DNA of 64,000 nt from Obrimoposthia wandeli (Eukaryota), in the NCBI GenBank assembly GCA_977020255.1, contig CDROCS010000253.1, positions 1,984,001 through 2,048,000 of the forward strand, read 5' to 3'. Positions 1 to 10,751 of the stretch are shown in pieces. The position numbers and the translations under genes are program-made. Below the pieces are notes generated by a model. The model did no database searches and was not told where the DNA came from. It saw only the letters and a program-made list of their open reading frames with translations. Position 1 is the stretch's first letter, and each line of letters begins with the position of its first letter.

Positions 1-323
1 GTGGCGGTTATCGCTTGGGCAGATGCTCAGCGCAGATTGCCGTTGCAGATGTTATTTATGCGGTGAATGAAAGTGTTGATGCAACTAAATGCTCGGGTAA
101 AGGCAATTGCCAGGATGGAGAACAATGCTTAACACATTCCCTTTGGGAAGGGTTAAGTCAACGAATTGAAGAATTCTTGAAAAATATCACCTTATCCGAA
201 TTAGTCGCTAAAGGTGATGTGCAAGAAGTTTCTAAGCGCCAAGATAAATTACATATCAATGCTCACAAAAGCATAGCCTTAGAAACATTAATAACCACTA
301 AGAATGTAATGAACGACTGGTAA
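1..323 (+). CDS. iscR: Fe-S cluster transcriptional regulator IscR, 5'-truncated by the window edge
   Basis: Frame is open from base 3 (GGYRLGR...). Carries the Rrf2/IscR cluster ligands C-x5-C-x5-C-x2-H ([17 protein letters not shown]) and lies directly upstream of iscS. Confidence 0.93.
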   Translation, partial: GGYRLGRCSAQIAVADVIYAVNESVDATKCSGKGNCQDGEQCLTHSLWEGLSQRIEEFLKNITLSELVAKGDVQEVSKRQDKLHINAHKSIALETLITTKNVMNDW

Positions 324-371
324 TAACTAGTCGCGTCGTATTAAATATTTACCATCGGAGAGAGTTAGCGA

Positions 372-1586
372 ATGAAGCTTCCTATATATTTTGATTATTC
401 AGCTACTACACCAGTAGATAAGCGCGTAGCAGAAAAAATGATGCAGTACATGACCAACGATGGTCATTTTGGTAACCCTGCATCTCGTTCACATAAATTT
501 GGTTGGCAAGCTGAAGAAGCGGTTGATATCGCTCGTAATCAAATTGCTGAATTAATTAATGCTGACCCACGTGAAATTGTTTTCACGTCAGGTGCTACCG
601 AATCAAACAACCTTGCTATTAAAGGTGCAGCTAATTTCTATAATAAGAAAGGCAAGCACATCATTACCTGCAAAACTGAACATAAAGCCGTTTTAGATAC
701 CTGTCGTGAATTAGAACGTCAAGGTTTTGAAGTGACGTATCTTGATCCGGAAGAAAACGGTTTAATTGATTTAAATAAATTGAATGACGCTATGCGTGAT
801 GACACTATTTTAGTAAGTATCATGCAAGTAAACAATGAAATTGGTGTTATTCAAGACATTAGCGAAATTGGTGAAATGTGTCGTGCACGTAAAATTGTCT
901 TCCATGTTGATGCTGCACAAAGTGCCGGTAAAATTAATATCGACATGCAAGTTTTGAAAGTTGATTTAATGTCAATTTCAGCACATAAAATGTACGGGCC
1001 TAAAGGTATTGGCGCGTTATACGTAAGCCGTAAGCCACGTATTCGCTTAGAAGCACAAACCCATGGTGGCGGACATGAACGTGGTATGCGTTCTGGTACC
1101 TTAGCGACACATCAAATTGTCGGTATGGGTGAAGCATGTCGATTAGCTAAAGAAGAAATGGCACAAGATCAAGCACATGTTACCGCAATGCGCGATCGTT
1201 TATGGGCCGGCTTAAATAGCATGGAACAAGTCTTTATTAACGGTGATCCGGATAAACGTTACCCTGGTAACTTAAATGTTAGTTTCAACTTTGTTGAAGG
1301 TGAGTCACTCATCATGGCATTGAAAGATTTAGCCGTATCTTCGGGTAGTGCATGTACATCAGCAAGTTTAGAGCCATCTTATGTACTTCGTGCTTTAGGT
1401 CTAAATGATGAAATGGCGCATAGCTCAATTCGTTTTAGCTTTGGTCGCTTTACTACGACAGAAGAAATTGATTACGCAATTGAGCTTATTAAAGGTGCAA
1501 TTGGTCACTTACGTGACATGTCACCACTTTGGGAAATGTTCAAAGATGGTATCGATTTAGATTCAATTGAATGGGCTGCTCACTAA
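372..1586 (+). CDS. iscS: Cysteine desulfurase IscS
   Basis: [15 protein letters not shown]-terminus, PLP lysine motif [10 protein letters not shown], catalytic SSGSACTS loop. Confidence 0.98.
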   Translation: MKLPIYFDYSATTPVDKRVAEKMMQYMTNDGHFGNPASRSHKFGWQAEEAVDIARNQIAELINADPREIVFTSGATESNNLAIKGAANFYNKKGKHIITCKTEHKAVLDTCRELERQGFEVTYLDPEENGLIDLNKLNDAMRDDTILVSIMQVNNEIGVIQDISEIGEMCRARKIVFHVDAAQSAGKINIDMQVLKVDLMSISAHKMYGPKGIGALYVSRKPRIRLEAQTHGGGHERGMRSGTLATHQIVGMGEACRLAKEEMAQDQAHVTAMRDRLWAGLNSMEQVFINGDPDKRYPGNLNVSFNFVEGESLIMALKDLAVSSGSACTSASLEPSYVLRALGLNDEMAHSSIRFSFGRFTTTEEIDYAIELIKGAIGHLRDMSPLWEMFKDGIDLDSIEWAAH

Positions 1587-1700
1587 CCAATCGTAGACTA
1601 AAATCTATGATATACGCTTAGTAAAACAACTCATTATTTTAAATAACATTTAGTGTTAAATAGTTCCACGGGATTATTTGACACAAGCTAGGAGAATCAC

Positions 1701-2084
1701 ATGGCTTACAGCGAAAAAGTACTAGATCATTATGAGAACCCACGTAACGTAGGTTCAATGGATAAAAACGATCCATCAGTAGCAACTGGTATGGTTGGAG
1801 CACCTGCATGTGGTGATGTAATGAAGTTACAACTTAAAATTTCTGAAGACGGCATCATTGAAGATGCAAAATTCAAAACTTATGGTTGTGGTTCTGCAAT
1901 TGCCTCAAGTTCGTTAGTGACTGAGTGGGTAAAAGGTAAATCAATTGAAGAAGCGGGTAAAATTAAAAATACCGCGATTGCTGAAGAGTTAGCTTTACCA
2001 CCAGTAAAAATTCATTGCTCAATTTTAGCTGAAGATGCTATTAAAGCAGCGATTGAAGATTATAAATCCAAGCAAAGTAAATAA
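1701..2084 (+). CDS. iscU: Fe-S scaffold protein IscU
   Basis: [46 protein letters not shown] motifs. Confidence 0.98.
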   Translation: MAYSEKVLDHYENPRNVGSMDKNDPSVATGMVGAPACGDVMKLQLKISEDGIIEDAKFKTYGCGSAIASSSLVTEWVKGKSIEEAGKIKNTAIAEELALPPVKIHCSILAEDAIKAAIEDYKSKQSK

Positions 2085-2095
2085 CGGAGATAACA

Positions 2096-2419
2096 ATGGC
2101 TGTTACCATGACTCCTGCTGCAGCTGAACGCGTTCAATCGTTCATGCAAAATCGTGGCAAAGGACTTGGGCTACGCTTAGGTATTAAAACCACTGGTTGT
2201 TCAGGTTTAGCCTATGTGCTCGAATTTGTAGATGATTTAAATGAAGATGATCAATTGTTTAACATTAAAGATGTTAATATTATCATCGACGCGAAAAGCT
2301 TAGTTTACCTTGATGGTATTGAACTCGATTTTACTAAAGAAGGTTTGAACGAAGGCTTTAAATTCACCAATCCAAACGCCAAAGGTGAATGCGGATGTGG
2401 TGAATCGTTCAACGTTTAA
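2096..2419 (+). CDS. iscA: A-type Fe-S carrier IscA
   Basis: GCSG and ECGCGESF motifs; isc operon position. Confidence 0.97.
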   Translation: MAVTMTPAAAERVQSFMQNRGKGLGLRLGIKTTGCSGLAYVLEFVDDLNEDDQLFNIKDVNIIIDAKSLVYLDGIELDFTKEGLNEGFKFTNPNAKGECGCGESFNV

Positions 2420-2423
2420 TGTG

Positions 2424-2527
2424 TAAACTCTTTGCAACTTGATTCAATTACGGCGTTGAAAGTGCTCATTGACTAACGTCAACTCCGCGCTTTTGCCTTG
2501 TACTTGAACCAAGTTTATTCGAGTTTA
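2424..2527. repeat. About 104-bp nested imperfect palindrome (long hairpin, REP/MITE-like) between iscA and hscB
   Basis: Nested arms: TAAACTC/GAGTTTA (2424-2430/2521-2527), AACTTGATTCAA/TTGAACCAAGTT (2436-2447/2504-2515), AAAGTGC/GCGCTTT, and an apical TTGAC-TAAC-GTCAA. Confidence 0.7.
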
Positions 2528-2590
2528 AAACATTATTAAAATTTAGCTTATTATAGAAAGCTTTTAGACCATTTCCTCTAGGTATAAGCA

Positions 2591-3118
2591 GTGAATTACT
2601 TTCAATTATTCAACATTGAAGTCTCCTTTGATGTCGATTTACAACAGCTTTCATCTAGCTATCAGACTTTGCAAAAGACTGTGCATCCTGACAAATTTGC
2701 TCACGCCTCTGAACAAGAACAGCGAATTGCTGTTCAAAAATCTGCGCACATTAACGACGCTTATCAAACCCTGAAAAATCCATTACAACGTGCGGAATAT
2801 ATTCTTGTGCAACGTGATGTTGAAATGCCGAACGAACAGCATTCTTTCCAAGATACCAGCTTTTTAATGCGTCAAATGGAATTGCGAGAAATGCTTGAAG
2901 ACGTCAGACATGCTGGTGACGCTGATGCAGCATTACTTGAAGTACAAAGTGTTTTGTCGACTGAATACTTACAGCTTTCTCAAGTAATGAGAACACAGAT
3001 TAGTGAAAATAATGCAGCATCAAATAGTGCTGCATGCGATAATTTACGTAAATTAAAGTTTTACCAAAAGCTAAATGTAGAAGTGGATCGTCTTGAAGAC
3101 AGCTTATTTGAAGACTAG
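2591..3118 (+). CDS. hscB: Co-chaperone HscB
   Basis: MNYFQLF start, J-domain HPD motif (VHPDKF), INDAYQTLKNPLQRAEY. Confidence 0.96.
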   Translation: MNYFQLFNIEVSFDVDLQQLSSSYQTLQKTVHPDKFAHASEQEQRIAVQKSAHINDAYQTLKNPLQRAEYILVQRDVEMPNEQHSFQDTSFLMRQMELREMLEDVRHAGDADAALLEVQSVLSTEYLQLSQVMRTQISENNAASNSAACDNLRKLKFYQKLNVEVDRLEDSLFED

Positions 3119-3227
3119 CGTGGCTAGCAAACACTCAATAATAAATACTTTTTACTAAACTAAGAAATACTAAGCTAAGAAAAACAAACCTATACATTAA
3201 CTTAAACTAAATCACTGAATTAACATC

Positions 3228-5090
3228 ATGGCTTTATTACAAATTGCAGAACCCGGTCAAAGTACCGTTCCTCACGAACATAGATTAGCTGCAGGCATCG
3301 ATCTTGGTACCACAAACTCATTAATAGCCAGTGTACAAAGCGGTAACGCAAGTACCTTAAGCGATGACGAAGGCCGAGATATATTGCCATCCATTGTTAG
3401 CTATCAAGCCGACAACATTTTAGTTGGCCATACAGCCCAAGCACTTAGTATTGAAGATGCTCAGAATACAATTACTTCGGCTAAACGCTTAATAGGTCGT
3501 TCACTGAAAGATATTCAAAGCAAATACCCCTCTTTACCTTATGATTTTTGTGGTGATGAAAATCATCCAGAAATTATGACAAGGCAAGGCGCTGTTAACC
3601 CAGTTCAAGTATCTGCAGAAATATTAAAAACCTTAAACTTAAGAGCACAAGCTGCTTTAGGTGGAGAACTGACTGGTGTTGTGATCACCGTGCCAGCTCA
3701 CTTTGACGATGCTCAAAGACAAAGTACTAAAGATGCGGCAAAGTTAGCCGGTGTTAGCGTACTACGTCTATTGAATGAACCAACAGCTGCCGCGGTAGCT
3801 TACGGGTTAGATTCAGGACAAGAAGGTATTATTGCCGTTTATGACTTAGGCGGCGGTACCTTTGATATCTCTATTTTACGCTTAAACAAAGGTGTTTTTG
3901 AAGTATTAGCGACTGGCGGTGATTCTGCGCTTGGTGGTGATGACTTTGATGTTGTATTGGTTGACTACCTTGTTGAACAAGCAGGTTTAGTAAGACCTTT
4001 ATCACCTTCGCTAGAACGCCAACTGATGCAGCAAGCTTGTTTTGCTAAAGAGCAGTTAACCGCAAAAGAACAAGTGGATATCACTATATCTCTCGATGAC
4101 AATAGTGATTGGCACACAAGTTTAAGCAAAGCACAGTTGAATGAACTTATCGGCTCATTAGTTAATAAAACATTACGTGCTTGTCGTCGTACGCTTAAAG
4201 ATGCAGACATTACCATTAATGAAGTCATCGAAGTTGTTATGGTCGGTGGTTCAACGCGTGTACCATTGGTACGTAGCGAAGTTGAAAAACACTTTAAGAA
4301 AACACCGTTAACGTCAATTGACCCCGATAAAGTGGTCGCTATTGGTGCTGCTATTCAAGCCGATATTTTAGTGGGTAATAAACCTGATAGTGATATGCTA
4401 TTACTTGATGTTACCCCATTATCTCTTGGTTTAGAGACCATGGGCGGTTTAGTTGAGAAAGTTATCCCACGAAACACCACAATACCTGTAGCAAAAGCAC
4501 AAGAATTTACCACTTTTAAAGATGGTCAAACGGCTATGGCTGTTCACGTATTACAAGGTGAGCGTGAACTAGTTGACGATTGTCGCTCTCTCGCCCGTTT
4601 TGAATTACGTGGTATTCCAGCAATGACAGCAGGTGCTGCGCATATAAGAGTAACCTTTAAAGTTGATGCAGATGGTTTACTCTCTGTATCGGCGATGGAA
4701 AAATCTTCCGGTGTTGAATCGAGTATTGAAGTTAAGCCTTCATTTGGCCTAGATGACAATCAAATCAGTCAGATGATTAAAGATTCAATGAGTAATGCTG
4801 CAGAAGATATGCAAGCACGTATGTTGAAAGAGCAACAAGTTGAAGCTTCACGTGTTATTGAGTCTGTTCAAGCCGCTTTACTTGCCGACAGTAGGTTACT
4901 TAATAGTGATGAAGTTATCGTCATTCAAAGCGCTATTAAATCACTTGCGCAAGTTAGTCAAGGTATTGAAATTAAAGCGATAGAAAGTGCGCTTGATAAG
5001 TTAAACGACAGCACAGCAATATTTGCTGAACGCCGTATGGATAGTTCAATTAGCCAAGCCCTTGCGGGTCAGGCTGTTGATAAAATTTAG
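3228..5090 (+). CDS. hscA: Fe-S chaperone HscA (Hsp70 family)
   Basis: [10 protein letters not shown] start, [19 protein letters not shown]; operon context. Confidence 0.97.
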   Translation: MALLQIAEPGQSTVPHEHRLAAGIDLGTTNSLIASVQSGNASTLSDDEGRDILPSIVSYQADNILVGHTAQALSIEDAQNTITSAKRLIGRSLKDIQSKYPSLPYDFCGDENHPEIMTRQGAVNPVQVSAEILKTLNLRAQAALGGELTGVVITVPAHFDDAQRQSTKDAAKLAGVSVLRLLNEPTAAAVAYGLDSGQEGIIAVYDLGGGTFDISILRLNKGVFEVLATGGDSALGGDDFDVVLVDYLVEQAGLVRPLSPSLERQLMQQACFAKEQLTAKEQVDITISLDDNSDWHTSLSKAQLNELIGSLVNKTLRACRRTLKDADITINEVIEVVMVGGSTRVPLVRSEVEKHFKKTPLTSIDPDKVVAIGAAIQADILVGNKPDSDMLLLDVTPLSLGLETMGGLVEKVIPRNTTIPVAKAQEFTTFKDGQTAMAVHVLQGERELVDDCRSLARFELRGIPAMTAGAAHIRVTFKVDADGLLSVSAMEKSSGVESSIEVKPSFGLDDNQISQMIKDSMSNAAEDMQARMLKEQQVEASRVIESVQAALLADSRLLNSDEVIVIQSAIKSLAQVSQGIEIKAIESALDKLNDSTAIFAERRMDSSISQALAGQAVDKI

Positions 5091-5126
5091 GTTAGGCGAA
5101 AGCCTCGCAAGCAGAGAATAAATAAA

Positions 5127-5465
5127 ATGCCAAAAATTATATTTTTACCCAATGCCGAACTATGCCCAGATGGCGCAGTTGTTGACGCTGAAAAAGGTGA
5201 GAGCGTATTAAACGTTGCTCTAAGAAATGACATCGGCATTGAACATGCTTGTGAAAAAGTATGTGCATGTACAACGTGTCACGTTATCATTCGAGAAGGT
5301 TTTGACTCTATCGAAGAAGGCGATGAACTTGAAGAAGACATGCTTGATAAAGCGTGGGGACTAGAGCCTGAATCACGTCTTAGCTGCCAATCAATTGTTG
5401 GTGATGAAGACTTAGTGGTCGATATCCCTAAATACACAGTGAATATGGTTTCTGAAACTCACTAG
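5127..5465 (+). CDS. fdx: ISC [2Fe-2S] ferredoxin
   Basis: HACEKVCACTTCH and SRLSCQ motifs. Confidence 0.97.
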   Translation: MPKIIFLPNAELCPDGAVVDAEKGESVLNVALRNDIGIEHACEKVCACTTCHVIIREGFDSIEEGDELEEDMLDKAWGLEPESRLSCQSIVGDEDLVVDIPKYTVNMVSETH

Positions 5466-5490
5466 TTGATTTTATTAACATCATATTTTG

Positions 5491-5527
5491 AAGGGGTTGT
5501 AACATGAGAATGTTATTACCCTTTTTT
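5491..5527 (+). terminator. Probable intrinsic terminator of the isc operon
   Basis: GGGTTGTAAC...GTTATTACCC imperfect stem followed by a T-run, just after fdx. Confidence 0.55.
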
Positions 5528-5770
5528 AGTCTTGGGGAGGAATTGATAATGCCTATCCCTGATTCGCTTTGTGAAAAGATATAGTTCCTCAAAATAAATC
5601 AATATTAATTTCAGATACTCCCCGCATCAAACCTTAAAAGTCATCAACATCTCACGATTAATTTTTAAAAAATAATGCGATATAGTGATAAATTTTTAGT
5701 AATCAGTTTTTATCAATCTAAAAAAAGCTGATAAATATAATGGGAATTTAATAGTGTGACATAGACAATC

Positions 5771-7762
5771 ATGTCATTTTATTTGGTATATACTTATAAA
5801 AAGATGAACAATAATAACAGAGGTCTTTTTTTGACCAGTAGTCAATCAGAGTTGAATAAGTTCATGCAGCGAGATGCTGCAGCTTTGTTATACGGCAATG
5901 CAGTTTCGGGCATTGTGATCTCTTTGATTACCTCAAGTTTCCTAGTCTTTGCATTCAATAATCCATTAACAGATTCCTTTAAACATATCTGGTGGTGGGG
6001 TATGAGTACTCTACTTATACTCAGAATGGTCGATGTGTTCATCTGGAAAACTAAACTGCAGCACACTGAATTCGATGGGGAAAAGGCGGTTAAACGCTTC
6101 ATTATCGGTGTTAATCCAACAGGAGTTATGTGGGCTGTATACTTAGTTTATATCACAAAATACAATAGCTCTGTTGAATTGACCACAACCCTTATTGCCA
6201 TCGCCGCTATGGCAGGCGGTTCAGCTACGATACTCGCAGCTCACAAATATACAGCGATGTTTTATGCATTCATATTACTATCACCAGCTTCAATAGGCCT
6301 ACTGTTATCCGAGCAATATGCATTGAAACTGTTGGGTGTTCTCGGGTTTTCTTACAGTATAGTAATGCTTATCACCTCAAAAAAGTCGGCAGACTTTACC
6401 CTTAACACCTTATTTTTAAAAAATGAAAATAAGTTGTTAGTCCATCAAATGGAAGAAAAAGTTGAACAACGAACAAGAAAAATTTATGAGCTCTCTAACC
6501 TTGATTCACTCACGGGATTATATAATCGAACCGCCTTTTTAAATCATTTAAAGACTGCGTTAGCTTCATCGAATAAACCTTTTGCACTGTTGTTTATCGA
6601 CTTAGATGGCTTTAAAAAAATAAATGATTCCATTGGTCATCAAGCAGGAGATCAAATTTTAAAAAAATCAGCTGACCGTCTTAAACAGTGGTCTTTTGAT
6701 ACTAAACTATTGTGTCGCTGGGGTGGTGATGAATTTTTAATGGTATTAGCAGATACAGATGAAATCAGCGCTGTTGCTGTATCTGAACAACTGATAGAGG
6801 TACTATCTGAACCTCATAATACTGAAAATAGCGTTTTATCTGTCGGTGCGACCATAGGTATTGCATTATATCCTGAGCATGCAAAAACAGAAGATCGTCT
6901 TATTCAATCTGCCGATATGGCCATGTACTATCAGAAAAAACAAGCGCGTTCGACTGTTGGCGTATTCTCCGAACAAATGGATAAACTTTATTCTTATGAA
7001 CTACGTCTGAAAAATGAACTGATTAAATCGATTGAGAAACAACAATTAAGGCTAGTTTTTCAACCAATAATATCATCTAAAAATGATGACGTTGTTGCTT
7101 TTGAAGCGCTCCTTCGTTGGCAACTTGATGAGGAAAATATTCCACCGGATGACTTTATTAGTATTGCTGAGCAATACGGCTTGATACACGAAATCGGCGC
7201 GTGGGTACTAAGGAATGCATGCTTGCAAGCAAGCCAATGGAATACGGAAAAGCAGCTGGCAGTTTGTGTAAATGTTTCGGTGATTCAGTTACAAGATGAA
7301 AGTTTTATAGATATTGTTGATAATGCTCTTTTATGCAGTTCATTGTCTGGCGAATTATTACATATAGAAATCACTGAGTCCGTATTTGCTGCTGATACTA
7401 GTATCATATCAAACCAAATTAAACGACTTCAAGCTCGAAAAATTAAGGTGTCTATTGATGATTTTGGTACCGGGTATTCTTCTCTTTCGGTGATACAAGA
7501 CTTAGCAATAAACATGGTTAAAATAGATCGTTCATTTGTCAATAAAATGAATACTAATGGGCACGCGATTATCTCCGCAGTGATGCATATAGCCTCGTCG
7601 TTAGACTTCTCAGTTATTGCAGAAGGAGTAGAGACCGAAGCGCAAGCCCGAGAGTTGCATAAGTTAGGTGTGCATTATCTTCAAGGCTATTATTATTCTA
7701 AGCCAATCGAAATTGAAGACATTGATCGTTATTTAACTCAAGTGCCTGAGAAATACTTATAA
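5771..7762 (+). CDS. Membrane-bound GGDEF-EAL protein (diguanylate cyclase/phosphodiesterase); start codon uncertain
   Basis: About 5-6 N-terminal hydrophobic segments, DSLTGLYNR, RWGGDEF, EALLRW, IDDFGTGYSS, QGYYYSKP. Confidence 0.92.
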   Translation: MSFYLVYTYKKMNNNNRGLFLTSSQSELNKFMQRDAAALLYGNAVSGIVISLITSSFLVFAFNNPLTDSFKHIWWWGMSTLLILRMVDVFIWKTKLQHTEFDGEKAVKRFIIGVNPTGVMWAVYLVYITKYNSSVELTTTLIAIAAMAGGSATILAAHKYTAMFYAFILLSPASIGLLLSEQYALKLLGVLGFSYSIVMLITSKKSADFTLNTLFLKNENKLLVHQMEEKVEQRTRKIYELSNLDSLTGLYNRTAFLNHLKTALASSNKPFALLFIDLDGFKKINDSIGHQAGDQILKKSADRLKQWSFDTKLLCRWGGDEFLMVLADTDEISAVAVSEQLIEVLSEPHNTENSVLSVGATIGIALYPEHAKTEDRLIQSADMAMYYQKKQARSTVGVFSEQMDKLYSYELRLKNELIKSIEKQQLRLVFQPIISSKNDDVVAFEALLRWQLDEENIPPDDFISIAEQYGLIHEIGAWVLRNACLQASQWNTEKQLAVCVNVSVIQLQDESFIDIVDNALLCSSLSGELLHIEITESVFAADTSIISNQIKRLQARKIKVSIDDFGTGYSSLSVIQDLAINMVKIDRSFVNKMNTNGHAIISAVMHIASSLDFSVIAEGVETEAQARELHKLGVHYLQGYYYSKPIEIEDIDRYLTQVPEKYL

Positions 7763-7840
7763 CAGAGGAGGGCAACTTGATAGCTGCTTTTCTTCTTGAT
7801 TCTCGGGCATAAGTACCTGAGGTATTGTGTTATTTTCGGC

Positions 7841-8875
7841 TTAGGTTAATTGCTGACAAGCTTGCCTACAGGCAAGCGCTAAACGCTCAAGTAACTCTTC
7901 TGTGGTAATACCAAATCTAAGAGTATCTTGTTCATCTGAGAGCCGACAGTAGACCCCTTGTTGGCAAAGCAGATGATACAGTTTTTTTGCTGTATCTTGT
8001 TGATGAAAACTGAGGGTGAGAAATAAATTACAACCGTTAATATCACGAAGGATAGTTTGAGGGAATACTTGTTTGAGCATGTACTCTTGCGCAATTCTTA
8101 GTCGTTTTAACGAATTCTTTTGAGTTGCTTGCCATGTGGTATCTTGCAGGGCATGTAGTGCAATTATTTGCGCTGGTCCATTAATTTGCCAAGGACCTAA
8201 TAACTCTTCAAAGGTATTACACCAATAACTATTAGCCACTAAAAAGCCAATTCGAATGCCAGCTAAACCAAAAAACTTACCAAAAGACCGTAAAACCAAG
8301 CTATGGCTGTTTTCTAGTTGATTACAGTAAGATTGATTGCCTGGTATTACATCAATGAAGGCCTCATCGAGAACCAGCAAGCCGTTAAGGTACTTTAATC
8401 GCTCTTGATATTGAGCAATTACCTGATCATTAAAAAACTGTCCTGTTGGGTTGTTGGGATTAATGATCACCAAGACACTATTGGGCAGTAACTCTGACAT
8501 TTCTGGAAGCAACTCTTGATAAAAGTGCAAGCTATAACCAGCATTTTTCCAAGCATGTGCATGTTCTTTATAGCCGCGTTCGGGTAAATACACATCTTTA
8601 CCCTTTGCATTTTTTTGACGGAATAACGCAGGTAAAGCTTTAATTATTGCTTGGCTACCATTGGTGATCATAAGTTGTGTACATTGATAATACTGCTGTG
8701 CTGCAGATATCAGTTCTGGATTTTGTTGTGGTAGTTGTTGCCACACACTCAAGGGTATACTTGGAATAGGGTAACTAATAGGGGCAATACCTGTTGATAC
8801 ATCGAGCCACTCGCTCAGTGGAATATTATATTGCTGTGCAACCTGTTGTAGTTGCCCGCCATGAAGTAAAGCCAT
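7841..8875 (-). CDS. cobD: L-threonine-O-3-phosphate decarboxylase CobD (PLP enzyme of cobalamin synthesis)
   Basis: Likely start ATG 8875 (MALLHGGQL); WLDVSTGI, NPNNPTG, VLDEAFID, LRSFGKFFGLAGIRIG motifs. Confidence 0.88.
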   Translation of the reverse strand: MALLHGGQLQQVAQQYNIPLSEWLDVSTGIAPISYPIPSIPLSVWQQLPQQNPELISAAQQYYQCTQLMITNGSQAIIKALPALFRQKNAKGKDVYLPERGYKEHAHAWKNAGYSLHFYQELLPEMSELLPNSVLVIINPNNPTGQFFNDQVIAQYQERLKYLNGLLVLDEAFIDVIPGNQSYCNQLENSHSLVLRSFGKFFGLAGIRIGFLVANSYWCNTFEELLGPWQINGPAQIIALHALQDTTWQATQKNSLKRLRIAQEYMLKQVFPQTILRDINGCNLFLTLSFHQQDTAKKLYHLLCQQGVYCRLSDEQDTLRFGITTEELLERLALACRQACQQLT

Positions 8876-9038
8876 CTTATTCCTATTGTTGTCGTTGGCC
8901 TTAATTCGGCTAAATAATTGTAGATTACAGTAAACTAGTAACCAATTCCAAGGCTTACCATTTAGATTGAAAAACACTCAGATATAAATGAAAAATTATT
9001 AATATATTAGTACTTAAAAAAAAGTCTAGGTTAAGTCG

Positions 9039-10751
9039 CTATATTAATTTCTCAATATCTTTAATAGAAAGAGCTTTAGAAAAGAAGTAGCCTTGAGCAC
9101 GGTGAACTTTGTTTTGATGAATTAAAGTCAGCTGAAATTCTTCTTCAATGCCTTCAGCAACCATTTCTAATTCGAGCTTATTACTCATCAAAATAAGGCC
9201 TTCAAGCAGTTTAATACTGGCTATATCTTCTTTAGAACTTGGCATAATAGTTCGATCAAACTTTATTATTGAAATAGGGAGCTTTAATAAATGAGAAATA
9301 GACGAATAGCCTGTGCCAAAATCATCTAAGGCTAATTTACATCCCATATCGCGTATCGATTGTATGCGTGAAATTACGCGTTCATGACAATTTAGGACCG
9401 CCGTTTCTGTTATTTCAAATTCGAGGTCGTTTGCGTTAACTTTATGTTTTTCAATGTTACTTTTTATTGTGGTTAGTATGTCATCATTTTCAAGTTGCAC
9501 AGCAGACAAGTTTATCGCCATAGTAAATGTATTTTTGAATTTCTTATTCCAAGTAGCAAGCTGACTAATTGCTGTTTCTATAACCCACTCGCCAATTTCG
9601 CCAATAACACCTATTTTCTCAGCAATAGGAATGAATTCATCGGGATAACAATTTAAGCTACTGTGGGTATTAATACGTAATAAAGCTTCAAAGCCAGAAA
9701 TCTTTTGCGTATTTACGTCGATAACTGGTTGGTAATGCAAGTTTAGTTCATTGTTTTCAATCGCAGAACGTAGCATATGTTCAATGTCATAGCGTCTGAC
9801 TAATTGCTCTTGCATTGCTGGGTAGAAAAAACAGATTTTGCTACCTGACTTCATTTTTGCTCGATACAAAGCAATATCACTACACTTGATTAACTCTTTA
9901 CTATCTACAGAGTTATCAGGGTGAACGGCTATACCGATACTCAACTCCACATTTAATGTTGCATGCTCCATTTCAAATGGCGCTTTAACCACTTTTAAAA
10001 TTCTATTTGCGATCATTTGGAGATGAAAAATGTCATTTAAATTGGCTATCATAATGGCAAATTCATCACCACCAATACGAGAAAAAAGTTCATTTTCACG
10101 TAAAGCCTCTGATATCCGCAATGCTAATTCAATTAAAACTGCATCACCCACATCATGACCGTGAATATCATTAATGTGTTTAAAGTTATCAACATCAAAT
10201 AAAATCAATCCGAGTTTAAATGCACTTCTTTGATTATTCGCTACAGCAATATGTAACGATTCATCAAACACAAAGCGATTAGCCAAGCCCGTAAGCGAAT
10301 CACGCTCTGCAAGTTTTTTAGACGTTAAGTAACTTTCACGTAATTTTTGTTCTAACTCAAAGCGTGTTTGGGCATGAATAATAGCGTTTTGAATTCGGCC
10401 AATATTTATTTCTGATTTAGAAATAAAGTCCTGAGCACCCGCTTTTAAACATGCAATAGCCAGCTCTTCATCGGTTGCTGAGCTAAGCATAACAATCGCG
10501 CTACCATAATTACGCAGATGTGTTCTGATTTCTAGAATCATCTCAATACCATCACGTTGTGGCATTCTATAATCAAGTAGAATAACGTCAAAATGGTGCT
10601 GATCATACAATATCAATGCATCATCAACGGTACCCGCTTCCATAATAGAGTATTGATGTGTGGATTTTGATAACAACCTGCGTATCATTTCACGATCAAC
10701 GCTATCATCATCCACAATCAAAACATTAATTGTTTTTTGTATAAATACCAT
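9039..10751 (-). CDS. Response regulator with REC-GGDEF-EAL domains
   Basis: REC (LIVDDD, ILLDYRMP, DFISK), DSLTGLANR, RIGGDEF, EALLR, LDDFGTGYSS. Its ATG directly abuts the kinase stop codon. Confidence 0.93.
   Translation of the reverse strand: MVFIQKTINVLIVDDDSVDREMIRRLLSKSTHQYSIMEAGTVDDALILYDQHHFDVILLDYRMPQRDGIEMILEIRTHLRNYGSAIVMLSSATDEELAIACLKAGAQDFISKSEINIGRIQNAIIHAQTRFELEQKLRESYLTSKKLAERDSLTGLANRFVFDESLHIAVANNQRSAFKLGLILFDVDNFKHINDIHGHDVGDAVLIELALRISEALRENELFSRIGGDEFAIMIANLNDIFHLQMIANRILKVVKAPFEMEHATLNVELSIGIAVHPDNSVDSKELIKCSDIALYRAKMKSGSKICFFYPAMQEQLVRRYDIEHMLRSAIENNELNLHYQPVIDVNTQKISGFEALLRINTHSSLNCYPDEFIPIAEKIGVIGEIGEWVIETAISQLATWNKKFKNTFTMAINLSAVQLENDDILTTIKSNIEKHKVNANDLEFEITETAVLNCHERVISRIQSIRDMGCKLALDDFGTGYSSISHLLKLPISIIKFDRTIMPSSKEDIASIKLLEGLILMSNKLELEMVAEGIEEEFQLTLIHQNKVHRAQGYFFSKALSIKDIEKLI

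Noticed and set aside
5530-5770. c-di-GMP (GEMM) riboswitch upstream of the GGDEF-EAL gene
   Set aside because: No GGAAA..CAAA/GAAA tetraloop-receptor pattern found on either strand.
8876-8977. N-terminal extension of cobD in the ORF track
   Set aside because: Family similarity starts at MALLHGG (8875); the extension is low-complexity intergenic DNA.
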